A stretch of DNA of 64,000 bases from an uncultured Phycisphaerales bacterium. Lineage in GTDB: Bacteria; Planctomycetota; Phycisphaerae; Tepidisphaerales; Tepidisphaeraceae. Shown here in pieces: positions 1 through 10,405 of the stretch. A program made the position numbers and the translations under genes. Location of the stretch: assembly GCA_963758525.1 (NCBI GenBank), contig CAVWVQ010000003.1, positions 608,001 to 672,000 on the forward strand. Direction: 5' to 3'. Positions within the stretch are counted from its first letter, which is position 1. Each line of letters begins with the position of its first letter. The notes under the pieces were generated by a model, which saw nothing but the letters and a program-made list of their open reading frames with translations, was not told where the DNA came from and searched no databases.

Positions 1-1
1 A

Positions 2-454
2 GAGGGGCAGCGTTTTGGACGTCAGCCCGAGCGTCAGAATCGGCGCGTCGGCCGGATTGGTCTTGCTGTAGATCGGCGGGTTGGGCAGGTCCTTGGGCAG
101 ATACGTCGCGGCGGCATTGATGGCGGCCTGCACTTCCTGCTCCGCCACATCGATGTTCAAGTCGAGCGTGAACTGCAGCGTGACTACCGAACTCCCCTGC
201 GAGCTCGTCGAAGTCATCTGGCTCAGGCCCGGGACCTGCCCAAACTGCCGCTCCAGCGGCGCGGTCACCGACGTGGCCATCACATCCGGGCTCGCTCCGG
301 GATAAAACGTGAGCACTTCGATCGTGGGGTAATCCACCTCGGGCAGCGCGGACACGGGCAACTGCAGATAGGCGACGACGCCGACCATCACGATCGCCGC
401 CATAAACAGCGCCGTGGCAACCGGACGAAGAATAAAGGGCCGGGATGGGCTCAT
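2..454 (-). CDS. mdtB: RND efflux permease MdtB/MuxB family, N-terminal part (runs off window)
   Basis: Own translation [45 protein letters not shown]...[13 protein letters not shown]...[11 protein letters not shown] overlaps the mdtA stop (ATGA). Confidence 0.9.
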   Translation of the reverse strand, partial: MSPSRPFILRPVATALFMAAIVMVGVVAYLQLPVSALPEVDYPTIEVLTFYPGASPDVMATSVTAPLERQFGQVPGLSQMTSTSSQGSSVVTLQFTLDLNIDVAEQEVQAAINAAATYLPKDLPNPPIYSKTNPADAPILTLGLTSKTLPL

Positions 455-1806
455 TGCTGCGGCTTACCACCGTGGCCGTGGGCATGGCCCGAAGAAGGCG
501 CCGTGGAAGGCCCGCCGCCGTGTGCCTGCGCCATTTCGACTGTCACTTTCGATCCCTGCAGCAGCTTGTCGACACCGTCCGTCACAACCACTTCGCCCTG
601 CTGCAGGCCCTTGGCAATCAGCGTCTCGTCCCCTTCGGTGGGGCCGGCGGTGATATCGCGCGTATCGACGGTGTCGTCGGATTTGACGACGTACACAAAC
701 GTAGACGTCGGACTGCGCTGCACCGCCGCCGCCGGCACGATGATCGCGTCGTGCCGCACGTCAACGAGCAGCCGCGCGTTCACAAACTGGCTCGGGTAGA
801 GCAGGCTTTCGGTGTTGGGGAACTCACCCTTGAAGCGCACGGTTCCGGTGGTCGGATCGACCTGGTTGTCGATCGCCAGCAGCGTGCCGCTGGTGATCCT
901 GGTCGTCGCATCGCGGCTGAACGCGTCAACCGGCATCGCACCGCCTTTCCCCGCCGCCTTGAGCACCTGCTGCAGATTGTCTTCCGCAAGCGTAAAGACC
1001 ACCGTGATCGGCTGAAGCTGCGTGATGACCGCCAGCGGATTGGTATCAGCCGCGTGAATGATGTTTCCCGGATCGACCAGACGGAAACCGATCTTTCCGG
1101 TGATCGGCGCCGTCACCTTGCAGTAGATGAGGTTCAACTGCGCCGAATCGATCGCGCCCTGGTCGGTCTTGAGCGCCCCCTCCGCCTGGCTGAGGGTCGC
1201 CTGCTGTGTATCAATTTGTTGCTGTGTGAAGGAACCAGGCGCGGACTGATAGCGCTGCAGATCCAGTTGCGCGTTCTTCAGCGCGGCCTGGTCCTTAAGC
1301 AACTGCCCCTGTGCCTGCTCGAGCTGCACCTGAAACGGCCGGGGATCGATCTCGGCCAGCACGTCCCCCTGATGAACCATCGCCCCCTCGGTAAAATTCA
1401 CCTTGTCCACCTGCCCGTCGACGCGCGTATGAATGGAGACCGTGTTGAGGGGCGTGACCGAGCCCAGGCCGGTCAGATAAATGTTCATGTCCCCTTTTCG
1501 CGCGACGGCGGCCACCACGGGAATGGTGACCGGCCCGCGCGGCGCTTTGGCGCTGGCCGCCTGGTTTGCCAGAATGTGATGAACAACCCAGAACAGACCG
1601 GCAGCTGCCGCCAGCAGGAGCACGCTGAGAACGATGAGATATCCCATGCCCGTTTTGCGGGCGGGCGCGTAGCGCAATTCCTCGGCGTGATCTCGCCCGC
1701 CGTTTGACTGCGAGATACCGTCGTCTCCCCTCAGGGGCGGCGTGCGCGGTGTCCCGGGCCGATAGGCGGGAGGCGTCTCGACTTGCGTCTGAGTCTTCGT
1801 ATCCAT
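451..1806 (-). CDS. mdtA: RND membrane fusion protein MdtA/MuxA family
   Basis: N-terminal TM helix, [39 protein letters not shown] motifs; start taken at MDTKTQ. Confidence 0.9.
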   Translation of the reverse strand: MDTKTQTQVETPPAYRPGTPRTPPLRGDDGISQSNGGRDHAEELRYAPARKTGMGYLIVLSVLLLAAAAGLFWVVHHILANQAASAKAPRGPVTIPVVAAVARKGDMNIYLTGLGSVTPLNTVSIHTRVDGQVDKVNFTEGAMVHQGDVLAEIDPRPFQVQLEQAQGQLLKDQAALKNAQLDLQRYQSAPGSFTQQQIDTQQATLSQAEGALKTDQGAIDSAQLNLIYCKVTAPITGKIGFRLVDPGNIIHAADTNPLAVITQLQPITVVFTLAEDNLQQVLKAAGKGGAMPVDAFSRDATTRITSGTLLAIDNQVDPTTGTVRFKGEFPNTESLLYPSQFVNARLLVDVRHDAIIVPAAAVQRSPTSTFVYVVKSDDTVDTRDITAGPTEGDETLIAKGLQQGEVVVTDGVDKLLQGSKVTVEMAQAHGGGPSTAPSSGHAHGHGGKPQQ

Positions 1807-1842
1807 TACAGCATCACTCCAGAGCCCCACCGGTGAAAATTA

Positions 1843-2361
1843 TCATTGGTCCGCCGGCCGGTATAGGTGAAAAACTGCTTCGGGGACGGGCAGCACTTCG
1901 AGCGACTGCGCCGCGCCGGGCCGGGTGTCGTCCGCCATGAAGACACACCAACGCTGCCCGTCGTGAGCAGGAGTCGGGTCAAAAACAATTATTCTTTTCC
2001 TGCGGCCCTCAAGGACCAGGCCCGCGGGAGCATATCCATACGGTTTACCGGACGCAGGGCAGCTCAATTGCAGCGGCTCGCCCGCGTCCGCGAACGCCTT
2101 GACGTCGTCCAATTTGTCGGGAAGCCGCTTATTGAGAGCAAAGTATTGCAATAGCGCGCCGCTGATGTCATGCAGCCGCATGGCGCACGGATCAGTGGCG
2201 ACCGCCTCATCCGGAGTGAGCCGCCCGGATGGGTGACCCGACGGCTGCGCCGGGTCGGCATGCATGGTCGCCACGCCCACTTTCGTGGTCTGCGTTTCGC
2301 ACCCGCATAACGCGAGCGCTGCCGCCAGCACAAAGCATCCGCCATGGTTCCATCGACGCAT
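1843..2361 (-). CDS. Lipoprotein with DUF1559/pilin-head-like domain
   Basis: Lipobox-like LALCG-C; CAMRLHDISGALLQY..NKRLP, CPASGKPYGY and HDGQRWCVFMADD segments. Confidence 0.65.
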   Translation of the reverse strand: MRRWNHGGCFVLAAALALCGCETQTTKVGVATMHADPAQPSGHPSGRLTPDEAVATDPCAMRLHDISGALLQYFALNKRLPDKLDDVKAFADAGEPLQLSCPASGKPYGYAPAGLVLEGRRKRIIVFDPTPAHDGQRWCVFMADDTRPGAAQSLEVLPVPEAVFHLYRPADQ

Positions 2362-2370
2362 TCCGGGTCC

Positions 2371-4956
2371 TCAATGATTGTCCCCAGGCAGCGGGGGCTC
2401 GGGCAGCCGGCTCCCGGGCGGCGGCGCGGCTGGTGCTTCGGGGGGTTTGGGCTCGGTCGGCGGGGGGACTTGCGTCGGCTGTGTCGTCAGCCCGCCGCGG
2501 TCCATCCCGCGCATCTGTTCCTGAAACGCGCCCGGCTCAACCGCGTTCGGCGTTACCTTCATTCCCTTCATCTCATCCTGCGACATCGGCTTGAGCATGC
2601 TCGCCTGCGCCGCGACGTGCGGAGTCAGGAAGATCAGCAACTCCGTTTTGGTCTTGTCTGTCTGATTGCGCTGGAAGAGTAATCCCAACCCGGGAATATC
2701 TCCCAGAATCGGCACCTTGCTGAGCGTCTGCGTCTTCTGGTCCTGCATCAAACCGCCGATGACGATCGTGTCGCCGTCGTGAATTCCCACGCGACTCTGT
2801 GCCGAGCGATTATCGAAGATCGGCGCGTTGACGTTGCTGGAAATCGGGACGGTGGAATCGGAAATAGCGGAAATTTGCGGCGCCACGTCCATGATCACCA
2901 GGCCGTCGGGATTAATGTGCGGAGTCACGTTCAAAATGATTCCTATCGACTGATAGGAGATGTTGTTGATGATATTTCCAGTATCTGTCGTCTGGGAGTT
3001 GGTGATGATAGGCACCTCCTGCCCGACGAGGATGGACGCCTGCTGATTGTCGCTGGCGAGAATGTACGGGCGCGACAAAACGTCCACCTTCCCCACGGTG
3101 GCGAGCGCGCGGATGGTGGCAGTCAAGTTATCTTCCATGAGGCTGACGATCAGGCCGCCCGCGCCGGTGCTCTTGGCGGCGGTGGCAGCAAGCGCGTTGC
3201 CGAAGATCGTTCCGCCCGATTGCCCGTTGCCGCTCTTGCGGAGATTCAGGATCGAGAAATCGATGCCGGTATCCTCGGCGTTATCATGAGTGACTTCGGC
3301 GATGAGGACCTTGATCAGCACCTGCGGCACCGGCCGGTCGAGTTCCTTGAGAATGTCGCGAACCTGCTTGTCGAATTTGGAACTGGTGGCAACGAGCAGG
3401 GAATTGGTGTCGGTGTCCGCAACGACGTAAACCTGGCCCTTCAACTCGGAAATCGCCGAGACAGGGCCGTTGGTTTGGCTGCTGAAAATTCCCCCGCCTC
3501 CACCGCCGCCGAATGTTCCGCCGCGATTGGAACTGCCGGTGTTGGTGCCGCTGGACCCGAATGAGCCAAGGCCGCTTCCGCCGGCGCTGGAGCCGAATCC
3601 GCCCGAAGAGCCTCCGCCACGTGAGCCGCCGAACGCGGAATTGCTGCTGCTGCTTCCGAACGTGGAACCGGTGCCGAAAGCGTTGTTGGTCGAGTTGTTG
3701 TTGCTCGACGTCGCGCCGGTGCTGCCGTTGCCGAACAGATTGTTCAACGTCGCCTGAATGTCGGCTGCCTGTCCGTTGCGGACCGGGTAAATGAAGAAAT
3801 CCTGGTCGGCCGCGGGATTTGCATCGAGCTGGTCGAGCATCTGATCGATGACTTTCAAGGTATCGGTCGGGCCGGTGACGACGATCGTGTTCGTGCGCGT
3901 GTCGGCTGACGCGGTCACCTTCCCGGTCTGTCCCTTCTCCGATCCTTGCGAATCGCCTCCGCCCGGGCCGCCTCCCCCGCCTGGCCCGCCGCCCCCTCGC
4001 ATGGCGCGGAAAAACGCGCCGGGACCGCCGGCAAAGGGATTGGCGTTCGCCGCGTTGCCGCTGGATGAATCGGTCTTGAAGATATCTGTCACGAGCTTCG
4101 CCGCCGCTGTTGCGTCGGCATATTTCAGTTGCCGCACCTTGATCGTGTTCTCGAGAGTGTCCCGTTTATCGAGATTCGAGACGATCTGAACGATCCGGCG
4201 GATGTTCGCCTTCGTGTCGGTCATGATCAGGGAATTGCTCGACGCATTGCTCGTCAGATCGGCGTTAACGGGAATCAGCGGCTGCAGATCGGTCTTCAGC
4301 TTCACCGCATCGACATTGCGCAGGGGGATCACCTGCGTGACCAGCTCATCGGTGGGCTCGATCTGGTCGGGGTCGGCTCCGAAATTCACCGGAATCCCGC
4401 CCTTGCGGGCAATTTCCACGGAGGTGATCTTGAGAATCCGCCCCATCTGGATCACGGTCAGATCATTGGCCATCAGCACCGTGTTCAGCAGCGTCACAGC
4501 TTCGGCCGGCGTCACCGGTTGCGTGCTGCGCACCGTCACGCGCCCCGGGATCGGCTTGGAGTCGGGCTTGAGAATGACAAATCCCGCTTCGTCAGAAAGG
4601 CGTTCGAGCACGGTGTCGATCGGGGCGTCCTGGAAGTTCAGGCTGATCTGCGTGGTCGGGCCCGACGAAGGCGCAGATCCCGGCGGTCTGGTAACCAGGA
4701 CCGGGCCCGCGTCCCTGGACGGCGGCGCGATGGGCGGCTGTGGCGCATCCTGCGCATGCAGCGCGATCGGGGCCAGCGCCAAAGCGACCGCGGAGCTGAG
4801 ACGAATCGTATCTCGCCGTGCTGACGCGATGCGCGACAGTGCGCGTCTGTACAGGCAAAGCTCGTGCGGGTGGAGCGCACCGCGTCGGGCGGCCGCTAAA
4901 AGTGCGGGAGTGGATGGGACAGCGCGTATCCGCGCGGGGTCATTAAGCATATTCAT
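2371..4956 (-). CDS. gspD: Type II secretion secretin GspD
   Basis: ISLNFQDAPID N0 domain, ADTRTNT/ADTDTNS N-domain repeats, QVLIKVLIAEV, KVPILGDIPGLGLLF and TELLIFLTPHV; ATG at 4956 overlaps the upstream stop (ATGA). Confidence 0.93.
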   Translation of the reverse strand: MNMLNDPARIRAVPSTPALLAAARRGALHPHELCLYRRALSRIASARRDTIRLSSAVALALAPIALHAQDAPQPPIAPPSRDAGPVLVTRPPGSAPSSGPTTQISLNFQDAPIDTVLERLSDEAGFVILKPDSKPIPGRVTVRSTQPVTPAEAVTLLNTVLMANDLTVIQMGRILKITSVEIARKGGIPVNFGADPDQIEPTDELVTQVIPLRNVDAVKLKTDLQPLIPVNADLTSNASSNSLIMTDTKANIRRIVQIVSNLDKRDTLENTIKVRQLKYADATAAAKLVTDIFKTDSSSGNAANANPFAGGPGAFFRAMRGGGGPGGGGGPGGGDSQGSEKGQTGKVTASADTRTNTIVVTGPTDTLKVIDQMLDQLDANPAADQDFFIYPVRNGQAADIQATLNNLFGNGSTGATSSNNNSTNNAFGTGSTFGSSSSNSAFGGSRGGGSSGGFGSSAGGSGLGSFGSSGTNTGSSNRGGTFGGGGGGGIFSSQTNGPVSAISELKGQVYVVADTDTNSLLVATSSKFDKQVRDILKELDRPVPQVLIKVLIAEVTHDNAEDTGIDFSILNLRKSGNGQSGGTIFGNALAATAAKSTGAGGLIVSLMEDNLTATIRALATVGKVDVLSRPYILASDNQQASILVGQEVPIITNSQTTDTGNIINNISYQSIGIILNVTPHINPDGLVIMDVAPQISAISDSTVPISSNVNAPIFDNRSAQSRVGIHDGDTIVIGGLMQDQKTQTLSKVPILGDIPGLGLLFQRNQTDKTKTELLIFLTPHVAAQASMLKPMSQDEMKGMKVTPNAVEPGAFQEQMRGMDRGGLTTQPTQVPPPTEPKPPEAPAAPPPGSRLPEPPLPGDNH

Positions 4957-6153
4957 TTCCCTTGCAGTTCTGCCTGGCGTCTGCGTCGCAGACGTTCGAG
5001 GACGTCGTTGCCGCCGCCCGTTGCCGATCCACCCGCGGGTGGTGTCGAAGCGCCCCGGCTGGCGTCGTGCCCGCCGACGGCGCCGTTGTTGATCCCGTCG
5101 ATCCCGTTGATGCCGTCTCATCCGAAGACGGGGGCGCGGCGGCTTCGCCGCGCAGGTTTTGTCCCACCAGCACGCGCACGGTCTTTCCGTCGACCGCGTA
5201 ATCGAGCGTGTCGAGCGTGATGGCCGCGACTTTCCCGCGCACGATTGCGTCGCCGTCCTGAAGAATCAGCACTTTCGACGCATTGCGATCTTCGACAAAT
5301 GCCAGAAAGCGATCGCCCGTCTGCGTCGCTCCATCAAATACCAGCGATTCCTCGGCCGAGGCCGATTTTGCCGGTGCCGACGGCGCGGTGGCGCCAGGCG
5401 GGGCCGCGGGAGTCGGCACTCGGACTCTGTCGACCACCCGCGTCACATGGCTTCCCTTCTGAAAGATGCTTCGCTCGGCCAGGATGGAGAACTCCTGCGG
5501 AAGGATGCGCGGAACGGTGATGTAACGCGAGCCATTCAAATCCGCGCTAACAGCCGCTGGCGCGGTCGTCGGCGCCGGCAAACTCGTCGGCCCCGTTGTC
5601 GCGAGTGGCAAAGTCGTTGGTCCCGTTGTGGCGATGGGCAAACTCGTCGGTCCGGTTGTCGCGAGTGGCAAAGTCGTCGGCGCGGTTGCCGCGACGGGCA
5701 AACTCGTCGGTCCCGTTGCGGCGACTGGCAAGCTCGTCGGTCCGGTTGTCGCGACCGGCGCAGTGGCCGGCTGCGTGAACGGAGCCGTCGCGGGGACGGC
5801 CAACACGTCGACGGGCGCCGTGGCGGCCGCCTGCGTTGCGGGGCGCTTGCCGCTCCTTGAGATGCCGGCTGCGTCGCCTGCTCGGTCGCCGGTTGCGTGG
5901 CAGCAGTCTCAGCGCCGAGCGTTCCTGAAACGTTCAGCGCGCCAACGATGAACAACGCCAACGCGTGCCTGATGAACGTCGTCGAAAGGCGAATCACTCC
6001 TGCTTGCAACGAGCGCGCTCTGGTCCCCTCTCCCGGTACGCCGGGAGAGGGATAGGGTGAGGGTGATTTCGAGAACCAACGGCGCTCGAGGTTCCAAATC
6101 ACCCTCACCCCAACCCTCTCCCGAAGTACTAAATGAACGTTCCATTGCCTCAC
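4953..6153 (-). CDS. GspC-position T2SS accessory protein with Thr/Pro linker; two apparent single-base frameshifts (~5840, ~5055)
   Basis: Joining frames gives hydrophobic segment, ATQP/ATTGPTSLP repeats, FSILAERSIF, LVFDGATQ and C-terminal NDVLERLRRRRQAELQGK*; GTGA overlap with gspM and ATGA overlap with gspD. Confidence 0.7.
5570..5760 (-). repeat. 30-bp tandem repeat (about 6-7 units) encoding ATTGPT(S/T)LP(V/L/I)
   Basis: Visible GCAAA(C/G)TCGTCGG periodicity every 30 bp. Confidence 0.9.
6024..6124. repeat. Palindromic repeat, CCCTCTCCCGG..CCGGGAGAGGG / CCCTCACCCCAACCCTCTCCC family
   Basis: Inverted arms; close homologue at 62650-62731 and degenerate copies at 22835-22875 and 22980-23030. 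Confidence 0.85.
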
Positions 6154-6710
6154 GAGCGTGCCGCCTTTCCGGCGGTCTTGTCGGGCGCCAGCAGGCAAAT
6201 CGTGGAGAAGCTGAGGTGAATTTTCAGATCGTCAGTCCCTTCCCGAAGCGGAAGAATCTGCACCTCGGTGACATGCAGCGGAATCGACCCCGACTCCATC
6301 AGATAGACCAGTTGCGAAATCTGGCGCATCGATCCGTTGCCATCCACCGAAAAACCGGTCACCTGGAAGCTGCCCTCGGTGGTGGGCCGCTCGGTCTTGA
6401 GGCTGATGTTGGTTACGCCCGCCTGGCCTGCCATCTTGTAGGCGGCATTCTCCGCCTGGCTCTCGGCCAGCGACGCGTCGGACTGCAGCCCCGCGCCGAG
6501 CATCGCCTTCCAGACCTTCTGCAGCCTCGCCTGCTTATCAAACACCAGTTGCGCGTCGTTCCTTTGCTGATCCACGTCCTGCTGTCCCTTTTTGAGAGCA
6601 TCCCAACTGTCCAGCAGCGGAGACAGAATGACGAAATACAGCAGGAGGCTGCCGACTGTCGCGCCGGCGCCGATGGCAAGATTTCGTTCACGTTTGGAGA
6701 GAGACATCAT
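6150..6710 (-). CDS. gspM: T2SS GspM/PilO-like inner membrane protein
   Basis: MSLSKRERNLAIG plus TM helix, GSMRQISQLVYLME; GGAG upstream; operon position. Confidence 0.75.
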   Translation of the reverse strand: MMSLSKRERNLAIGAGATVGSLLLYFVILSPLLDSWDALKKGQQDVDQQRNDAQLVFDKQARLQKVWKAMLGAGLQSDASLAESQAENAAYKMAGQAGVTNISLKTERPTTEGSFQVTGFSVDGNGSMRQISQLVYLMESGSIPLHVTEVQILPLREGTDDLKIHLSFSTICLLAPDKTAGKAARS

Positions 6711-6727
6711 GAAAACTCCGCCATTGC

Positions 6728-8208
6728 CTAACGGGTCGCCGCCGGCTGTTTGAAGTTGAACGTGATCGAGAACGACACTTCGCGCAGGCGATCGGCGTTG
6801 CTGGTGCTCAGCAGTTTGACGTCCGTGAAACCCGGGGTGGCATGCAGGCGCGATTGCAATTTGCTCCAGCCATTGGGGTCCGACGCTTTTCCATTGATCT
6901 GGCCGAACAGGTCGCCTGACGGCGGAGGCTTTTCGCCACTGACCGTCGCGCCGGCGGCGGCGCCGACCCGCGCACTCTCCCGCAGTACTACATTCGTCGC
7001 GTAGGTCTGATCGTCGTCCGCCAGCGCCACCGTGAGCCCGCGAAGACACGTCAGATAGCGCGGATCGCGCTTCTGCCAGCCCGTCGCAAACGACACCCGC
7101 GCGACAAAGGCGTTGGCCGAGTCGAGGCTCGGCTTCATTCCGTCAACTTCACGCCTTGCCGTGGCAAGAGCCGTCTGTTGCTGACCGAGGGAAATATAGG
7201 AGTAGATGCACAGACCGAGGAGCAGCACGCCCAGGGCGATTGCCAGGATAGTCCATCGCGGCATGCGCTTTCGTCGCGGGGCGCACGGCGCGAATGGATA
7301 AAATCCACTGCCGGGCGGGATGAACCCAGCGCGCACATCGCCAGCGCCACCGCCGGGGCAAATCGACTCGCGGTGCCGTTGAGGGTCGGGACGGCGACGT
7401 CCACTCCCAACGACGAGAGTTCTCCGCCCCGGACCACCATGCCCAGTTGCCCTCCCAGGGCGGCGGCGTCCAAACCTGTCTGATCCCACAGAACGATCGC
7501 GCGGTCTTCGGAGGATGCCGGCAACGTCGATACCGCCCGCCGGACGGCACTGACGAACGGGGCCGGTTGCTCGGGCCCGCGCAGATAGCGAACGGCGCTC
7601 GGCGCACCGTTGCGCTGCGCCGTGAGTTCCGCTCCGCCCGCGCTGACGGCAAGAACGAGCGCGCCGGAGCCGGCAGACTTTCCCGTCGCCTCCGCCAGCA
7701 CCAGCGCAGAGGAAGTGATTGCGATCGGCGAGAGCTTTGCCGTTGCGCACGCGGCTTCCACCGTCTCGATGTATTTTCCCGGCGTCGCCACCAGCAGCAC
7801 CGACTTGCCTGCGACCGATTCCTGCGAGACGACAAAGTCGTACGCCAGGTCCTTCAGTTCGGACGAGAATTCCGCCTCGGCTCCGGTTCGGAGCAGATCG
7901 GCCAGCGTGGCATCGTCGGTCTGGGGAACTTCCTTCTGTTTGACGACGATCCACTTGGCCGGCAATCCAACCACCGTCGTCCGCGCGCCAAATCCATGTT
8001 CCTTGCGAAACTCCGCCAGCGCCGCGCCGAACTGCGCCGTGTCGGCCGGCGTCACGCCCGCGGGATACTGCAACTCGGCGACGCGCTGCACGATCGGCCG
8101 ATCGCCCATCGTCACTTCCGCGGCCATCAGCGAACGCTCGCCAATCGCAAGGCCCAACACCGTCTTGTAACGCACACTTTTCACGCGGCTCCAATTTTCC
8201 ATGATCAC
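6728..8208 (-). CDS. gspL: GspL/PilM-PilN-like protein; apparent frameshift ~7285
   Basis: VLGLAIGERSL actin-like start, VVGLPAKW, VDFIHSR, then in the adjacent frame a TM helix and periplasmic domain ending FSITFNFK. Confidence 0.7.
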
Positions 8209-9704
8209 TGCGGCAACCCGTTCACCTGACTGTTGCCCGGCGTCGCAAACAAGCCGGTCACCACGCCGTGCCCGGCGCACATCGAATCCTGAATTTCCGG
8301 CGGAAGCGGCCAGCCATACGAAGTGAGATCACGGCGATATTTGATCGTTGCCGGCAGCTTCTGGGCATCCACCACAATCCGCACGCGCTTAAATGCCCGC
8401 CCGTCTCCGCTCACCGCGACGATGTCCGCGGAATAGACATAGGAACGCAGCGTGATCGCGCTGAGAATCCCGTTCGCCTTGGAGGCGGAGAGCGCGCTGA
8501 ACACCCAGCCGATTCCCGGGTTGGTGCTGGCCGTCGATTGCGATGCGATCAGGGTGTCGGCGTCCGATTCGGTCAGCCCTGGAAGACACTCGAGCACTTC
8601 CTTGGGGGCGGTGTTGACGTTAACGAGTCCTGGCAGTGTCTTGGCCGTGGTCGTCGTCAGATAATCGTACACTTTCGCGAACTCATCGGTCGTCAGCCCC
8701 GCCTGAACGTAAAACGATCCCAGGCTGGCGAACGTGTTGCCCGGCTTGGCTCGCAGCAGCGGAGTAATCCGCTTGATGATCTGCGTCGCCCGCGCCGCGG
8801 AGAGTTGCTTGGTCAGCACATTTTTCAGCGCGCCGGTGGTGGCGGCATTGACGTTGGCGCGAGCCGTTCCATCGCTGGCGGTGTTCGGCTCCGAGGAATA
8901 GCAGGTCAACCAGTTGAATATGCCGCGGCTGTTGCCGTTGGCGTTTTCAAACGCCGTCACATTGCCGGCATTGGCCAATTCGTTCTGATCGACCACGCCA
9001 TCCCGATTGACGTCGTAGCCGAAAAGCAGGCTGCTGTCCCACCCGTTCACGAGCATCAATTCCTCAACGGTCTCAAACGACGCGTTTTTCGCGTCGTATG
9101 GCTCAGCGAGCTGCTCGTAAAATTCGCTTTCGGCGCCGTTCGGCTGCGGGGTGCTGTCGGCGTCCCTCCAATCGATGATCGAATCGGCCGCGGTCGGCGT
9201 CATCCCCGGAAGATCCTGCAGCTTTGCCGACGAGGCAACGTTGATATTCAGCTTGCTCGACTCATCGACGATCCCTGCCATGTACGCCTGGTCCGTCGTC
9301 GGGTTGGGATGCAGCAGCCAGAAGTAGCCGTCACCCACCTGCAACGCTTCGGCTGGAATCTGCGTGATCGTCAGCGCGTCGTTCTGGTACGTCCCCACCT
9401 GTGCCAGCACCCATTGTTCCGCCCCCTGCTCGACCGCATCCGCCTTGGCAGCAGAAAGACGATTGGCCGACGCCAGCGATTCCGTCCGCATGTTGCGGGC
9501 AAAGACCAGCACCATGCTCGTGAGCACCACGGTGACGCCAAGCGCCAGCACGTAGATCGTACCGTGACGCGGGCGTCGTCCAAGCCGTCCCTCGTAGGGT
9601 CCGCTGGAGGGCGCGCAGTTGGATAGTTCTGATGAGAATCGTCGTCGCCCTGCTGCGGACCGTTCGGTGATCGAGGGATGGTCCGGATCTCGTGTGGTGT
9701 TCAT
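8205..9704 (-). CDS. gspK: Minor pseudopilin GspK
   Basis: RHG-TIYVLALG leader, IVDESSKLNIN, IIDWRDAD, GAESEFY, FETVEEL, VNVNTAPKEVL; ATGA overlap with gspJ. Confidence 0.9.
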   Translation of the reverse strand: MNTTRDPDHPSITERSAAGRRRFSSELSNCAPSSGPYEGRLGRRPRHGTIYVLALGVTVVLTSMVLVFARNMRTESLASANRLSAAKADAVEQGAEQWVLAQVGTYQNDALTITQIPAEALQVGDGYFWLLHPNPTTDQAYMAGIVDESSKLNINVASSAKLQDLPGMTPTAADSIIDWRDADSTPQPNGAESEFYEQLAEPYDAKNASFETVEELMLVNGWDSSLLFGYDVNRDGVVDQNELANAGNVTAFENANGNSRGIFNWLTCYSSEPNTASDGTARANVNAATTGALKNVLTKQLSAARATQIIKRITPLLRAKPGNTFASLGSFYVQAGLTTDEFAKVYDYLTTTTAKTLPGLVNVNTAPKEVLECLPGLTESDADTLIASQSTASTNPGIGWVFSALSASKANGILSAITLRSYVYSADIVAVSGDGRAFKRVRIVVDAQKLPATIKYRRDLTSYGWPLPPEIQDSMCAGHGVVTGLFATPGNSQVNGLPQ

Positions 9705-10405
9705 TGCGGCGTGCTCCCGTTCACATTGGAATCCTGCGCCGCCGTTGAGCATGCGAGGGGGAACACCCGCACAACCGAAACAGGCTGATTCTGCGAACTC
9801 GCATCCGCGCCTTGCCGCTGCAACTGCAATGTCACCTCGACGGCCGCGGGGATCGTGTTGTCCTCCTGCGTCGAATCCCACGTAGTGACCCAATCGGAGC
9901 CGGTGTAATAGCGCAGGCTGAAGCCCAACACATTGCGGCACACCGTCTCCTCGTCAGGCGTGACTCCCTGCTCCGAGAGAAGATTACCCGAAACCCGCCG
10001 CACGAGATCCTGCTGGCCGTTCTGGCGGGATTCGACGGTCAACTCCACTTCCTTGATCTCGCCGTTGCCGTCGGGGTGATCGGGAGCGTACGTGTTCGTG
10101 TAGAAGACCAGATCGGCGGCGGGATTTCCGCGGCCGTCAGTGTTGGAGGTTCCTTCAAACGTTCCCGCCAGCACGCTGGCGCTGCCCGGCTGCATGGTGT
10201 TTGATAGATCGTTGCCAAGCAGATCCATCGCCAGCGCCGCCGTCCGCGATGCCTCCAGGCTGTTGGTGGCCGCGCTCTGCGCCTTGAAGGCGGCGCGCAA
10301 GCTCTGGTAAAGGACGCCGGAGAGAACGGCGGCCATCGCCATCGCCACCAGCAGCTCCACCACCGTGAAGCCGGGTCGCGCCGAATTGTGCGTGCTCCTG
10401 TTCAT
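9701..10405 (-). CDS. gspJ: Minor pseudopilin GspJ
   Basis: G-FTVVELLVA class III signal; FSLRYYTGSDWVTTWDS..IPAAVEVTL. Confidence 0.88.
   Translation of the reverse strand: MNRSTHNSARPGFTVVELLVAMAMAAVLSGVLYQSLRAAFKAQSAATNSLEASRTAALAMDLLGNDLSNTMQPGSASVLAGTFEGTSNTDGRGNPAADLVFYTNTYAPDHPDGNGEIKEVELTVESRQNGQQDLVRRVSGNLLSEQGVTPDEETVCRNVLGFSLRYYTGSDWVTTWDSTQEDNTIPAAVEVTLQLQRQGADASSQNQPVSVVRVFPLACSTAAQDSNVNGSTPQ

Noticed and set aside
4800..4956. Repeat insertion in the long GspD signal n-region
   Set aside because: The extension follows from the ATGA overlap, but I could not find a palindrome or a second copy.
5570..5760. CRISPR array
   Set aside because: These are contiguous coding repeats without unique spacers; no cas genes in the window.
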